The notes: generated by a model not told the origin, from the sequence alone. A stretch of DNA of 64,000 nucleotides from Basidiobolus meristosporus CBS 931.73 (GCA_002104905.1 MCFE01000312.1:33429-97428), one strand, 5' to 3'. Counted from the first letter of the stretch, positions 1-12,841 are shown. Program-made: numbers and translations.

Positions 1-1480
1 TTCAATGAAAAGAGTTGTATGATAGTCACAATGTAACATTGTAATGTAGAGGTGGCTCTTGATCGACTTGACTCATGCCCTGGAGTTCTATGGGTGATTT
101 TTACTCGATAGCGAGCACGTTGGTGCTGAAACCTCGATGTATTTTGGGTGTGCCTGCTTCTACATTGCTACAGAGAAGCAATGTGGAGTACAGCGAATAG
201 AAATGATATTCAGGAAACGACTTCGGGACGACTGTAAATCGCGGAGGTTTCGATCTCTTTTATGAAATAAACAATGAGTTGATAGTATTACTTACAGTGC
301 TCAGGCTGAATGAAGTCAAGCCCCATTTAAACCGATAGTTACGCCCATGCACAGTAAGTATGTGTCTGGTTCAATTGGCCTCACATTGCCAACGAGGGTA
401 GGAGTCAAGGTGGTTTCTGTAGATCAGATGCTCATATTGGTTCCTTTGCGCTGTGGTGGAAATGAGCCCTCGCCATATTCCCACGATTCGATGGCACCCT
501 GCATGTAGACTTGATTCAATGCTGACACACCGTGATGCAGATCTGATTCTCTACTCCTGACCCGTTTACACAACTGACAAAACCAGAGTGTATCAAACCA
601 CCTGGACTCGATGTAATTTGGTACGATCGTTTGCACCATATTACACGATCTACCCAGTGAAATACAGACGCACCTACCTCTCTCAATAGGATGGATGACA
701 CCACAGAGTCCTCCAACATTTGTACGTCTTGAAGCCTCTGGGATGAATATGTATACTGAGCCTAAACGCAATATAATTTGCTGATGAATTCAGTTGGATA
801 TTTAACCATGACCAAACGAAACCGCAAAGCTAGCTTCACGCGAGCGATGAGTAATGCTGGTAACACCGAATGTATAGCTACATGGACACTGCTCGGAAGG
901 CTTGTACATCTCTCTGGTTGCCTAGAAAACGGAATGATGCGAATTGTGTGGTGCTGTTTAGTTTTTGTGACGTCGGCAACTCAAGGACAACTTCTTGATT
1001 GTCAGGTTACACTGAATCCATCATGATCGCTCTCGTCGTCTTCATCGAGGGATTTGCAGTGTTATGAAGCCCGTAACATCGCTCTCTATGATGAAACTGG
1101 AATACTTATGATATCATTTCGGTTGGACCTACCAAAACTGGCATTTAGGCACAGGATTCAGAATGATAGGGCAAGCGCTTAGTTAGACTCGACAATGTGT
1201 AAGAGCTTCCCTGGAGTTTAATATTGACTGCAGAAGCCCGATTTGAATGATAACCAGGTAGCGTTCTGCCTACTCGCACGAGCCTCAACTTGATCATGTA
1301 CGATAAAGGTAAAGCACAGCCCCCTTCACTAATAGTGATTTGAATCACACCTGAAACAATAGGACACTGATGCTTTCCTAGATATGTGCATTATTTGCAT
1401 TGGGAGGGGCATCGACAATAAATACAGTGACATCCCTCCCTTGAGATGATAGCCATCCTCTCTTCTAGATGACCCATGCT
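1..1480 (-). pseudogene. Decayed alpha-arrestin-like gene (tentative)
   Basis: Fragments in shifting frames resemble arrestin-N/C folds: IVSGVIQITIS...ASAVNIKLQGSSYT (~1200-1360), TQFASFRF/SLPSSVH (~880-950), TETTLTPTLVGNVRPIEPDTYLL (~350-420). Several stops and frameshifts; intron-like gtaagt at ~295. Recognised by eye only. Confidence 0.35.
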
Positions 1481-3533
1481 TTCCCAGATCCACCTCGCAC
1501 CAATGTTCAAAGTTTCTGAAGTCGCCTTTGGTAGGTCAAGGTAGACGCAGTCTATCGTACTGTAATTAATTGGCTTGAAATCGCTAGGCGATTGTCCTAA
1601 GATTGCAACATGCTTGAACAAAAGCTACCAAACTGGTAAATCTTTTTGAACCTGTTCTCATGAAGACCAACTGACCATGTCACCCTAGATCCAGTGGTAG
1701 AATACATTGTGAAAACCATTCGCAAGGTACTTTGGATTCCCCTCGGTTTGCCACGTGATTCACCATTGAAGCCCTTAGTTACAGGACAAAGAACGCTGCA
1801 TATTTCGGTTGGCATATTCAGAATTCGTGGCCAAAGTAGGATTATATCGGGGCGTTGTCTACCAGGTAGACAGCTTTAATGGAGTAGCCATATGGTAATG
1901 CTTTTGTCACTTGACCGTCTCGTAGCCCAAATCGGTTTCTCAACAATCATTTTGAGTATTTAGCGTTCCCCCAGGTAGACACCCATACAGCAAGCTCGCG
2001 TTGTTGCGCGCAGGGATATTGAATCTCTTTTTCGTATCTGGATGGGAGCCATTGAGGGTAACAAATTGATAGGACTGAGCCAACCTCTACACCTGATTAA
2101 TCTGCCCACCTTGAACCAGAGGGTGATATTCGAATACTTGAAGTATTCCCAAAAAATACTGCAACGCACGTTAGGATTCCGCGCTTGCTACTGCATAATG
2201 TATCTAAGCACTGTTCCCAACGATCATGAAATAGGTAACGAGCACAGTTTCATCGTAAATTACTCATCACTCAACTTGCATCCAGATTACATAACTTCCT
2301 TAACCACCCACATCATAAGAAAGGTACATCCCCCTCTCTGCCCCTGAATTTCCATCCCAAGCATAATCCCGAAACCAACCGACTTCTAAACCAATTCTCT
2401 AGGCCGATCGTGAAGGAAAGCCCTGCTACATCGAGAACGTTCAAGAAAACCTTACTACGATATATAGAAGTTTGGGGTTTTGCATTGTAGGAAAATTCCA
2501 TTTGGGAGCTCAGCGTAAAGTGACAGTAACATGCTTTATTCGAGAGACAAGAGACCTTGCACGTGCCACATATGGTCTAGAATAAGCCAGGACATTTTAC
2601 CAGAGGAAATCATATAATCCATCTCTCTATGCGAACATAAAAAGCATACACTAATATCTGCTTCGCTTCAGCCCAAACTGCTCTCCATAATCCTATTGTC
2701 TAACATCAATGCCATACACTCGGTGAACAGCCCTCATCTGGTTGTGGGGCTGCTCTATCGGGAGAGCCACAAGAACGGGACGTTGTTCACACATACCTCA
2801 ATTTCTCACTGACAATACCAACCCTTACGCCATACCAGACATGCATTCCAGATTTATCAGTGTAAATTGTAATTACTATTACCTTTTATGAATTCGACGA
2901 AACTCTTTCAGCTCCAAGTGGCTGGACATCTTTGGAGTTTCGCTGACCCATTATGATAATCTAGTTTATGCATCAACACACATATGAATTCCGAAGAATG
3001 GAGAAATCCCTACAGTCTGCTTAAATCATTGGCAGTCTATTCGTTTCACTCATAACGCTCAATAAATCTCGGGGACAATACGAATCGAATACGGACCGAC
3101 GTGGGCTTTGATGAATACCGTATCATGCTACAACGTTGTAACCATTCACCAAGAGAAAGATTCAGCCTTCGAGTGATTTTCATATCCACAGCTTTTACTA
3201 GATGAAAAAATGAAATTGCCATCACATGGCACCTGACCTGGGAAATGTCTGTTTGCCTTTGTGTTTGAAGTATATTGCTGTAGGTTCAGGTTCACCATAT
3301 TTAACGAAAATTGACGTGGTAAATTGCTTCTATACACAGCCAAACTTTATATTGTGCGTCGATATAGGATAAAGGGAGGTCAGGCATCCTCAATTCTGGT
3401 AAATGGAGAGTGATGATATTTGTCAAGTAGGCCTTAGTCAAAGCAGGGCATAAAGAGAACTGCCTCCACACAAACCAGAATTTGTGAGGAGTAAAGCGTA
3501 TATCGAACCCAGTGCCGCAGCAACTATGAGTGC

Positions 3534-3856
3534 TCACTCCAGGTCGTTGTCGTTGAAATCGTCTTCGAAATCTGATTGGTAAAAAACGATGTTCAGTAGG
3601 ACATCGACGCGGAACATATCTATGCTAACTAACCATTGAAGAAGCCTTGGTCCACCAACTTGTCCTTGATTTTGCCCTCTTTTGTCAGATCGGCCGAGTC
3701 ATCACTGGCGCCGAGATGTTCGGGGTTCCTGGCAATAGCCTCTTGGATGACCTCCTCCATAGGGTCGTTCACTAGCTCTAAAATAAATCAGTTACACATT
3801 TTGCCTAGGTGATGTAAGTTGGTGTAGCAGGAAGAGCTACCTTCGATATCAGACAT
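3534..3856 (-). CDS. CSN9: CSN9/COPS9 (CSNAP)-like acidic micro-protein, 65 aa, 3 exons
   Basis: Exons 3856-3841, 3777-3634, 3571-3534 with GT..AG introns give MSDIEELVNDPMEEVIQEAIARNPEHLGASDDSADLTKEGKIKDKLVDQGFFNDFEDDFNDNDLE*. The C-terminal FFNDFEDDF matches the COPS9 F/D-rich signature. Not in the ORF track. Confidence 0.7.
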
Positions 3857-4179
3857 GATGGAAAGAAAGGAGGAATGACCGGACATCCCTGGATACGCAA
3901 CCATAAATATACATGGGTGAAATCAAATATGGATGTTATTTAATCATTGAGGTGGCCATTTACTACGTAATTTATCCACAGTATTTATCCTATGTATACA
4001 GGAGGAATTTTCTTGGTTGCACGAGCATCTGCTCTTTGAAATAATACCATCCAGAATGTTTATTAGGGTGGGTGGTACAATACGTCTGGTGTAGGCTTAT
4101 AGTACAAGTATTCAATGGGACAAGGTTATGTGGATCAACCCAAAGGTATATCGTTGTATAGGGTTGCTCAATCCGAAGG

Positions 4180-4194
4180 ATATATATATATATA
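4180..4194. repeat. (TA)n microsatellite
   Basis: atatatatatatata just downstream of the cyclin stop codon. Confidence 0.9.
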
Positions 4195-4219
4195 CACTAG
4201 AGTTGGGAAACCAACAGAT

Positions 4220-4960
4220 TCAGCCTTGGTACACCCGCGCCAAGGTGGACAGTGAGGCCAGCAAGGAAAGTTCAGAGAGTGGGCTGAGGTTCCCACACTG
4301 AGGTCCGTGCTGAAGGTTCTGAATTTTCCCCAAGAGGGAGGTGGAGCACTTGGTTTCGTTCGTTGGCAGATTCCAACTACGGCTCAACCATTTCACCCAC
4401 AGGAGGAAGTCCCGATAGGTGACTCCAAGGTCATACCGAAACTGTCCAAGTAGCCAGCGCTCCAACATCGTCAGCTCGGCCCCAGCGATTCCTACTTTGC
4501 CTGACCACTCGGAGTTCCGAATGTTCACATCAAGATGATACTTGGAGCTGATTAGGAGGGAGGTGACGAACAATTTGGTCAGGTGATCGGCGCTTGGATT
4601 CGAGGGATTCAGGGATAGTCGCAGTCGGTACAAGTATTTTACTGCTAATACAACTACCACGGTTGGTACCTCAAGACTCAGCAAGATGTTTGCGAAGGAC
4701 TCCTTCAGCCGGGAAGAGGATTGCATGACTATCGGGCCACTTCTCTGGCTTGTAAAGTTAGGAGAGGTCCAGAGATAAGATACCACATTGGCTGCAAACT
4801 CAGCCATCCTGATGGTGGAGAGGTTGGGGAAGTGCTGGAGTAAGAACTGACGGGAATTGAGACTCGTGGGAGTCAACCCGAACACCTCTGGATGAAATGG
4901 TTGCTGGTCATGAGGGGTGGCGGGAATAAATATCGTGTTAAAGGAGTTAACCATCTCCAC
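4220..4960 (-). CDS. Pho85-type (Pcl/Clg1-like) cyclin, 246 aa, single exon
   Basis: Cyclin-N box: VVVVLAVKYLYRLR...LFVTSLLISSKYHLDVNIRNSEWS...ELTMLERWLLGQFRYDLGV; intact ORF. Confidence 0.85.
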   Translation of the reverse strand: MEMVNSFNTIFIPATPHDQQPFHPEVFGLTPTSLNSRQFLLQHFPNLSTIRMAEFAANVVSYLWTSPNFTSQRSGPIVMQSSSRLKESFANILLSLEVPTVVVVLAVKYLYRLRLSLNPSNPSADHLTKLFVTSLLISSKYHLDVNIRNSEWSGKVGIAGAELTMLERWLLGQFRYDLGVTYRDFLLWVKWLSRSWNLPTNETKCSTSLLGKIQNLQHGPQCGNLSPLSELSLLASLSTLARVYQG

Positions 4961-7449
4961 TGTCTTAGGCGAGAGAATGAACCGAGTTTTCTTTCCAAAA
5001 CCTTTCCCGGCCTCTTTTATATGGACGTCATGTTGAGGAGATTCCTTAATCTCCCGAGCTCGTGTCCCCCCACTTTTTAGCGGATTTCAGATAAGGTTAC
5101 GGGCATCCCATTCATTGCCTATATCTCCAGATTCGATTGCCTGATTTGGCACCGGGATTTCAAGTTCCTCATGCTGTGACCCAGTATTTCCAAACGATGG
5201 TTTCCGACAACAGTTTAATGTTGAGGAAGAAAAATTCCTACAGCACAACAATCCAGCCATCGCCCGGATCCGTCCGAGACAGGTCCATCGCATTCGAACC
5301 GGCCAACCCTGCAGTCAAAATCCCCGGTCCTGGGTGCTCTTCTGTCACACAGAGTCTCCCCAGCGTTGGGTTGGTGATTGAAATGGTTGATTTTGTGCCC
5401 ACCCTAGTCTCTCGTTGATTGGGCGGAAAAATTCTCCTCGACTCTGCTGTCTGTCCAGAAAATCCACTTCCCTACGAGACCCACTATCCATCAGCACGAA
5501 GCACATTCCAATCGCCTTCATGGCTTCGGGAGATGGGGCCAAAACAAGGGCACTCCCAAGTGACCTAGTCGATTCGCATTGGTCAGCTAGGGTGGATTCG
5601 ACCATATTAAGGTTCAGCATATCTAATCAACGTATCGTGCCTCATGTGCTTATGTCACCCATTAGAGGCTCGCGTTTCGCTTCTTGGGACCGTGGCATAA
5701 CGTACCGCCTGCTTTCTAGAACTCGGAGTCCACCTGCTTCCCGTTTGACTCGTCCGGAGTTTCGTATGCAACCTGGGTATGGTGCCCTCGTGCGCTCCAC
5801 CACTACCTACGCCTGTGAAAAGCCATCTTGCGCTCCTGCCAGATATCCATCAGCTATCTCTCGGCCTTCAATGTAGCAAAGCTGAGCTTTAAAGGTACTC
5901 TGCCCCTGTCCAATCACAGCCCAAGGCATTCCGAATGACCCCTTGAGAGGTCGGAATCACCCCCAGTGGGGGTACATCCGTCGGTCCCCAGTACCGCCGG
6001 AATTGGCTTCATTCATTCCTGTTCAATGTCCTGGGGAGCCTTTGATCGATGATGGTATTACCTAACCCCATCGCTCGGTCGTTGATTGTTGCGTGATCCA
6101 TCCCTATTCGGTAAAAGGGTTGCTTCGCTTCGAATGCGGCCCACTAGGTGGGTGCCTTCAATACCAAGCGGACAAGGCGCAGCGGATCCACGAAAATCTA
6201 GTAGCGGTTGGTGTGACACCTGACCACCCACATCTCATGTTGGCACCCGACGCTGCGGATGATCCGGTTTTACTCTCGCTATGGTTGACACTTTCTACAA
6301 CTCCGGTGGCGTTTGATGGTGGTATAGTCAGCCTGTGGACAGGTCAAGGAAGCTGAACCTTCCAGGCGCCCAAGTTGGCAACCAATCTACTGGCAGGGAG
6401 CATGAGTCCTATGGAGGGACCTCTTTTAATGTCCATCTACCTGGTAGTGAGGTCAATGATTAGCGGGGGGCGCTATGCCTTTCGGTACGAGAGATTCGGT
6501 GGAGACCAGCGTGTTATGTGAAGTCCATCTGAATTACATGCTGTGTCATGCCACTGGGTATGTGGTGGTGTTGGATCCGAGCATTGACGAATTGGATCGC
6601 AACTCCCTTGATTTCTGGACCTATCCTCCCCAATAGAGATCTCTGAGAGCTCAGATGTATACGTGGGGTCTAATTCGGTCCATGGATAGGTGGCTTGGGA
6701 GGCATCCAAACTAGAAAATTGGTTTCATCGAGTTCGTGAAATCCGGTTGCATCAGATTCCATTTCCAGCCGGCCCCTCACGCTCTATTTCCCTTCAGATT
6801 AGATTGCAATGCGGTTGGTGCCACACCCAACCCTTCGCCAACTAGGACATAGCCTGGTATGGGAACGGTCATCTACTGCCACTTGGGCCTACCTTTTGAA
6901 TGGTTCTATGGGTTCCCATACGTTGCCCACACCATACAATGCCCCTTGTTACAAATTGCGTCATCCAAGTTCCCGAAGTTCGGCCAGAAAAGTGGCTGAC
7001 TCCTTTCCGCCCAATTCACATCCAAACGAATCATCCACCTCATCCCTAACTACCAATGGGCATCCAAATTGGCGCTACTACTTGGTATAGTATCTACCTC
7101 TGTGAATCCGGTGATTTCATTCATTGTCGCTATGTTGGCAGGAAACCATGGGCGATCCTTTGGCCATTTTCCAAGTTGATGACTATCGAAAAAGTGGATT
7201 TTGAGAGGCTATTCAATAGCCACTTGTATTTCCTGGGACTTTTCCCGACCATTCGTCTGGAGTTTGGCGGCGTAGTTGCGATGACGGAACTCGCAGCCTA
7301 ATGGCGGGGTTCATAAAAGACAAAGGCATTCTTTACCGGTGGATTTGGATAGGATTGATGTTAGAATCTACAGTAGTGATGTAAATAGTTCAACACTTAT
7401 CTACTCACATGTACTCACACAAAGTAGATGTGGCCCTATTGTGTAGTTG

Positions 7450-8175
7450 ATGATGTGAATTTCGTATTTACACCTAAATATTTACGTTAATTTAGTCACT
7501 TAGATCATAGCTTATGAACTTGACAATTTGGTGAAGATATTCCAAGCAAATCCCGAAAAAGAGTAAAGTCCAAAAGCCACCAAACTTTATCTCGGGACGT
7601 TATTAAACATATTTTATGTGCTTGTTTTGCCAAGACCAGATAAATACTACTCACATATCCCGTAGATCATTAAGTGAAAACCACTAAATCCGCTTATTTT
7701 TGTAGTAAATTTTATATTATGCCTATATATTCACTTAGCTTAGTCACTTGGATCTGTTGTAAAAATTCGGAATTCCACCTAAATATTCACCTAACTTAGT
7801 CACTTAGATCATTACCTTCAAATCCTAGAGAATACTAACCAAATTCCTTGTCGGGATTTACTTAGAATATTTACCCAGAACATGAAAATTAGATAAGTTG
7901 TCCAAATAGCCCCAAACTTTGCACACATGCTCTTGAGACCTTCCTTAACCTATTCTACGTGCTTGTTATGCCAAGACCATGTAAAAGTATAAATACTACT
8001 TTTACATTCAGTAAATCATTAAGTAAAAACCACATAATCTACTTGTCCTCCCAATCACTTCCAATATCTCCAAGACTTTTACAACAGGATCATAGTCTAC
8101 AAATCTTTGAGAATCCTGGTCAAATTCCTTGTCATGATTTACTTTGAATATTTCACCAAAATATCAGGTATCCAG
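7450..8175 (+). repeat. Older Copia-2-family LTR remnants (host of the 7755-8086 insertion)
   Basis: Diverged matches to the 60611-60960 LTR (cacctaaatattt..ttagtcacttagatcat; aaattccttgtcatgatttact). The host reads through once 7755-8086 is removed. Confidence 0.75.
7755..8086 (+). mobile_element. Copia-2 solo LTR, 332 bp
   Basis: TGTTGT...ACAACA, close match to 60611-60960; 5-bp TSD GGATC on both sides. Confidence 0.95.
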
Positions 8176-8427
8176 TGTTGTAAATTCCTTGTTGAGACTT
8201 GCTTAGAATATTTACCCAGAACATGAAAATTAGATAAGTTGTCCAAACAGCCCCAAACTTTGCACACATGTTCTTGGGACCTTCCTAGACATACTCTACA
8301 TGTTTGCTTAGTCAGAAATATGCATAAGCATAAATGCTACTTTTACACTTAATAAATTGTTAGATGAGAATCACATCAACTACCTGATGACTCAGTCCCT
8401 TTCAATATCTCCTAAGCATTTACAATA
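8176..8427 (+). repeat. Degenerate Copia-2-family LTR fragment
   Basis: tgttgtaaattccttgttgagacttgcttagaatatttacccagaacatg... homologous to the central and 3' part of the LTR. Confidence 0.8.
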
Positions 8428-8449
8428 GCTTTCTCAAACAAGATTGACT

Positions 8450-9130
8450 GCTAGGAGCCAGCTCCAGAAACTTCAAAAGCCTGGAATCTGTAGAAACACC
8501 CACAATTACTAAGTATTATATTACATTCTCAATATCCCCATTTTTGTACATAGCTTACTGAAATCTTCTATCAAGAAAGCATACCTTCACTTTTGTATTG
8601 GATACCTATTAGCATAAGTACATTATCATAACTCTACCAGCTCTACAACCAGGCATATGCCCAAACACATCATATCCTTTTTGTGTTGTCAGTTGCAGAT
8701 GACTTTCTGAATGAGTAGTACTTAGCCTGAAAGTATATGAGCAAGTATTTTGCAGAAATAAGTCCCTCTAGTTTTTCCTCATCTCTATGAAAGATCGCAA
8801 AGTTAGAACTCATTAGATTTTGGCTGTTATTCAGCTGATGATTCTGCCTCAAATACTCAGTTGCAATTTTTGGTGGATGTAACAAGCAACTGATTACCCA
8901 ATTTTGTATGAATGCCAGTTGTTCTAGTCTCCCCCTGGAAAGGATAACTGTTTTTCTACTCTGAAGCTTGACCTCAAGCCCAGCCTGCTTAGCAAATCCA
9001 TCTATCTCATCTCAGTAGCAGACCCTATCACTCAGCAACTCATGACTAGTCTGGATCATATTAGTCCAGGTTTTTTTTGGCTCATATCCCTTTGACACAT
9101 TTAGCAGCTTAAAGATCATGCACTCAACTA
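8450..9130 (-). mobile_element. Highly decayed Copia-like RT remnant
   Basis: Minus-strand traces such as SYDNVLMLIG (YVDD-like region); many stops; CpG-free. Confidence 0.4.
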
Positions 9131-9307
9131 TTCTTTGGCTCAATAAATTTCAAAAAGCTCTAAGCTTTGCACATATGTGCTTTGGGCCCTCCCAGATGTA
9201 GTATTCAAGGTATTTGTATGAATCAGTAATAGCATAAATATCACTTCTACAATTAATGTATCATTAAGCAAAAATCATATATTATAAAGTTGCTTCCAGT
9301 CACTTCC

Positions 9308-9639
9308 TGTTGTGAAAATTTGTATTTCCACCTAAATATTCATCTAACTTAGTCACTTAGATCATCACCTTCAAATCCTAGAGAATACTGACCAAATTCC
9401 TTGTTGGGATTTACTTAGAATATTTACCCAGAACATGAAAATTCTCAAAGTTGTCCAAACAGCCCCAAACCTTGCACACATGTTCTTGGGACCTTCCTTA
9501 ACCTATTCTACGTGTTTGTAATGCCAAGACCATGTAAAAGTATAAATACTACTTTTACATTCAATAAATCATTAAGTGAAAACCACATAATCTACTTGTT
9601 CTCCCAATCACTTCCAATATCTCCAAGACTCTTACAACA
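9308..9639 (+). mobile_element. Copia-2 solo LTR, 332 bp, inserted in the 3' end of an older LTR
   Basis: TG..CA ends; TSD CTTCC on both sides. Differs from 60611-60960 by ~6 substitutions and two indels. Host LTR is ~9140-9307 plus 9640-9667. Confidence 0.95.
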
Positions 9640-9699
9640 CTTCCAATGTTTCAAAACTCTCACAATACAACACCAAGCCCCTAGTAAATAACTCACAAC

Positions 9700-10048
9700 T
9701 GTTGTGAAGATTTGTAATTACACTTAAATATTTGCCTAGCTTAGTCATTTTAATCATTACCTACAAATTTTTGTGAATTCTGAGCAAGATCTTTGTTGGG
9801 ATATACTTATAATATTTTCACTAAAACATAAGGTACTCAGAGCTTGAAGTGTTGATAAGTTGTCCAGACAGCCCCAAACCTTGCACACAAGCTCTTGGGA
9901 CCTTCCTAAGCATATTTTGTGTGTTTGTTTTGCCAAGACCATGTAAAAGTATAAATAGTAACTTTATACTCATTAAATCATTAAGTGAAAACCACATAAT
10001 CTGCTTGTTCTCCCAATCACTTCCAATATCTCCAAAACTCCTACAACA
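9700..10048 (+). mobile_element. Older Copia-2-family solo LTR
   Basis: tgttgtgaag...ctacaaca; flanks ACAAC/ATAAT may be a decayed 5-bp TSD (two C>T). Confidence 0.85.
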
Positions 10049-10904
10049 ATAATTTGGCAATTGGCCAAGTACAAATTGGTGATAAACAAGTGTTGCAGGC
10101 ACCAAATTCAATGATTGCAACAGCTTTTAGCTTCTTAGTAGCATCAAAAATATCTGAAAATATGTGGCTTGATGAGTATTGAAATTAATGCCAAAATGAA
10201 TTGTACCAATTGCGATATGCAACTCACTGTTGAAACTACTATGCGGCTTGTACAACATGCTACAATGAGGTTGTCAAGAAAGCACTTGATATGAAATAAT
10301 GCCAGTTGATCAGACCAGTATTGTCTCACTGGTGCGCAAACAGAATTGAAGAGTTCTATAAGTTGAAATATAACAGTAAATGACAAGTTTAGTGCCTCCG
10401 TTTAAAGTGGCTGGTGACTAGTGTCTGGTGTTCCTGACCAAAGATGGTAGGAGGGGCCAAAAATCAAGAAGGTCAGATCAGAAAAATAGAAACCCCTCAC
10501 ACATAATCTGACGAGATCTGGATTAAAGTTCGTGTAACATCAGAAAGACCACTTAAGAATTCCTGTGCTTTGTGCATCCACAATTCCAATATTGGATCTC
10601 AATCCAAACCAACATCGACCACTCATGATGCCGTGCTCCAATGAGGTCGTGAGGAGGTGGGGAAGGATGCGTTGATGGCCATGTTAGTTGTTGAGCAGTT
10701 TCGCATGTGACATCGACGCCATGTGCAAATGCTGTCGCAAAGGATCTACAGAAATGACAATAGGGAGACCGAACACCCAAGTTATGACCTCAGGCAACAC
10801 AACAGAATTCCACCATTCCCCAGCAAGAGGGCCAGGTATGAGAGTATTGAAAATATAAAATGCTGTCCATACCTCATCATGGAAGTAACAAAAGTCGCTG
10901 CACT

Positions 10905-11184
10905 ATGGATTCCAATATGTTCTTGATTCTTGGAGGGGTTGTGTTGCTCTTCTTAGTGTGTATGAGTATTCTCTTCAGAGGTAGGTCTATTCATTCGAGA
11001 TCCAAGTGAAGGCTTGATACTGATAACCAGTTATGTAGATGGAATGGGTCCATCTCCTCCTTGTCCACGCGATTCGAACCCACGTTCTAGTCTTGAGACA
11101 GTTGCAACTCTTCCTCTCTACGAAACCGTTATTCCTATTCCACCACCAGCATACGTCTACAATGCTGACACTCCTATTCGCTAA
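10905..11184 (+). CDS. Small single-pass membrane protein with LPxY and PPxY motifs, 73 aa, 2 exons
   Basis: Exons 10905-10980 and 11039-11184, 58-nt GT..AG intron: MDSNMFLILGGVVLLFLVCMSILFRDGMGPSPPCPRDSNPRSSLETVATLPLYETVIPIPPPAYVYNADTPIR*. TATAAAA at ~10854; alternative in-frame ATG at 10860. Confidence 0.65.
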
Positions 11185-12841
11185 AATCTTGATTGGGCCT
11201 CTATTTACTCTGCCGAACATGTATTATACAATATATATATACCAGCAACATGTAAATGATAACTGTAGACGTAATAAACCCGAGTCTTTCGATGAACGTT
11301 TAGAGCTATGTTACTGCCCGTACATGGAATAGAGTCAGCCACTACATCTCGTGTAAGGGGCACACTACGATTTTTACGGCCGTCAACCTAGGTATAGCCA
11401 GTTTCTTTGTAGATATTCATCGAGACCAGTCATTCCAATCCTCAGTTACAAAGGGAACGGAGGTCGCGTAGCAGTAATTGCAAGTTCTCCTAGCTACATC
11501 CTCTATTTTTGGCCAGGGTGATGCGACCCGCTTGACGGCTGAATAGGTGGAAATCCCACTTTAGATGTACGGGGTGTTTGATTTAGTTGACAAAAGCATT
11601 TTCTTGATCTTACTTTTTGGCCAATATCCAAAGCAAATCATATTCAGAAGGCCGTATATTTACCCAATACATAGGCGTAGCAAAACATCACGACTGGCGG
11701 TACGTTATTTGAACGTGATTGCTTGGTTGATGAGCTTCACCGTTATCAAGGCTATAGTAATTTAAGGAGAATATGGATCGTGGGTTTCTTTGATTAGAGT
11801 TTCATAATAATAACCAAACCGCGATGTTTACTCCTTCTATAAATGGGGTGTGTTTTGGTAGGACACCATTTTCACGCTGATGGTAGGTTCAATTCCCATA
11901 TTCCATGCACGATCAGGATTTCCATACCTATTTGATGTGAACCAGCGGCGGTGGGCAAAAGATTTATATCTTTATGATTTCGAATCTTGATGAGAGATGT
12001 GGTATCACACCGAAATATATGTAGCCAGTGTCTTGTTGAGAGCCCTCAATCTAATATCCGCAAGTTAGCGACCAATGGCGACAACCAGTCTCATAGTAAA
12101 TATGAAGACCAGTTAGAGTAAACAACAAAATCCATAAATATATGATGCACTTTCGACAGAACCAGACTCCTCTACCAGACCTCAGCTTTGAAAACGATCT
12201 TTCAACCGATACTACTGCGATTTTATAGAATCATTTCAATCCGACTAGTTCATTATCAATTATCCCGGTTTCTTTCCCTCAGAGAATTATATTTGGAATT
12301 CGCGTAAAAGTACCCTGGTTGCTATAGACGTAATGGGCCTAAATCCACTCGAGCCCCACAGGATGTAGATTGCGCAACTTCAGCAGATAAAGGAAAGATG
12401 GTATACAGCATACCTTACTAGGGCTATAACCTCACTGAGTGCTCGGCGATACCAAAGTAGAAAAGAAGCAGGGTCATCCTGCAGTATGTACACTGTACTT
12501 TGCAGCGTACCCAGCCCATTAACCTCGACTTGGCTACTTCATCCTTAAGTCTTTAGGCTCATTGCTTCTTGAAGCCTAGCAATGTTCAACAGTTTATTTG
12601 TGTTCCGCTGATCTTACCAAAGAAGGTAAGTATCCTCGGGACATAAGCCCTATTTATCATCAAATCGAAAGTCGGGGTCTGAGTAGAGCCAATCAATGGA
12701 TGTGCGGGAATCCTAAATCTCGGTCACACCTTTAGTAAATCGACAATAAAGCCAGCCAATTCGGACATGGAGTAATCAAGTGTTATTGAAAATCAGCGTG
12801 TATACGGGGACCAGGCATTCAAGAGAGGTGCGCACTGCCAT

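Noticed and set aside
1600-2501. Short minus-strand ORFs (e.g. 2313-2501, 1960-2169) as exons of a gene
   Set aside because: No consistent spliced frame or recognisable motif could be built by eye.
5000-7301. Overlapping ORFs on both strands (5415-5876 etc.)
   Set aside because: No domain signature; all frames are broken by stops. Possibly a decayed gene, but it cannot be called.
10050-10390. Possible hAT-type transposase remnant (YNMLQ, RWNS-like region)
   Set aside because: Too degenerate; resemblance only.
11068-11084. tRNA T-loop/B-box-like GTGGGTTCGAATCGCG on the minus strand
   Set aside because: No acceptor, D or anticodon stems; it lies inside exon 2 of the small PY-motif gene.
11340-12800. 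Coding-like fragments (e.g. DDPASFLLWYRRALSEVI on minus) and CACTACGATTTTT at ~11366
   Set aside because: No continuous frame; no partner TIR or TSD for the CACTA-like pentamer.
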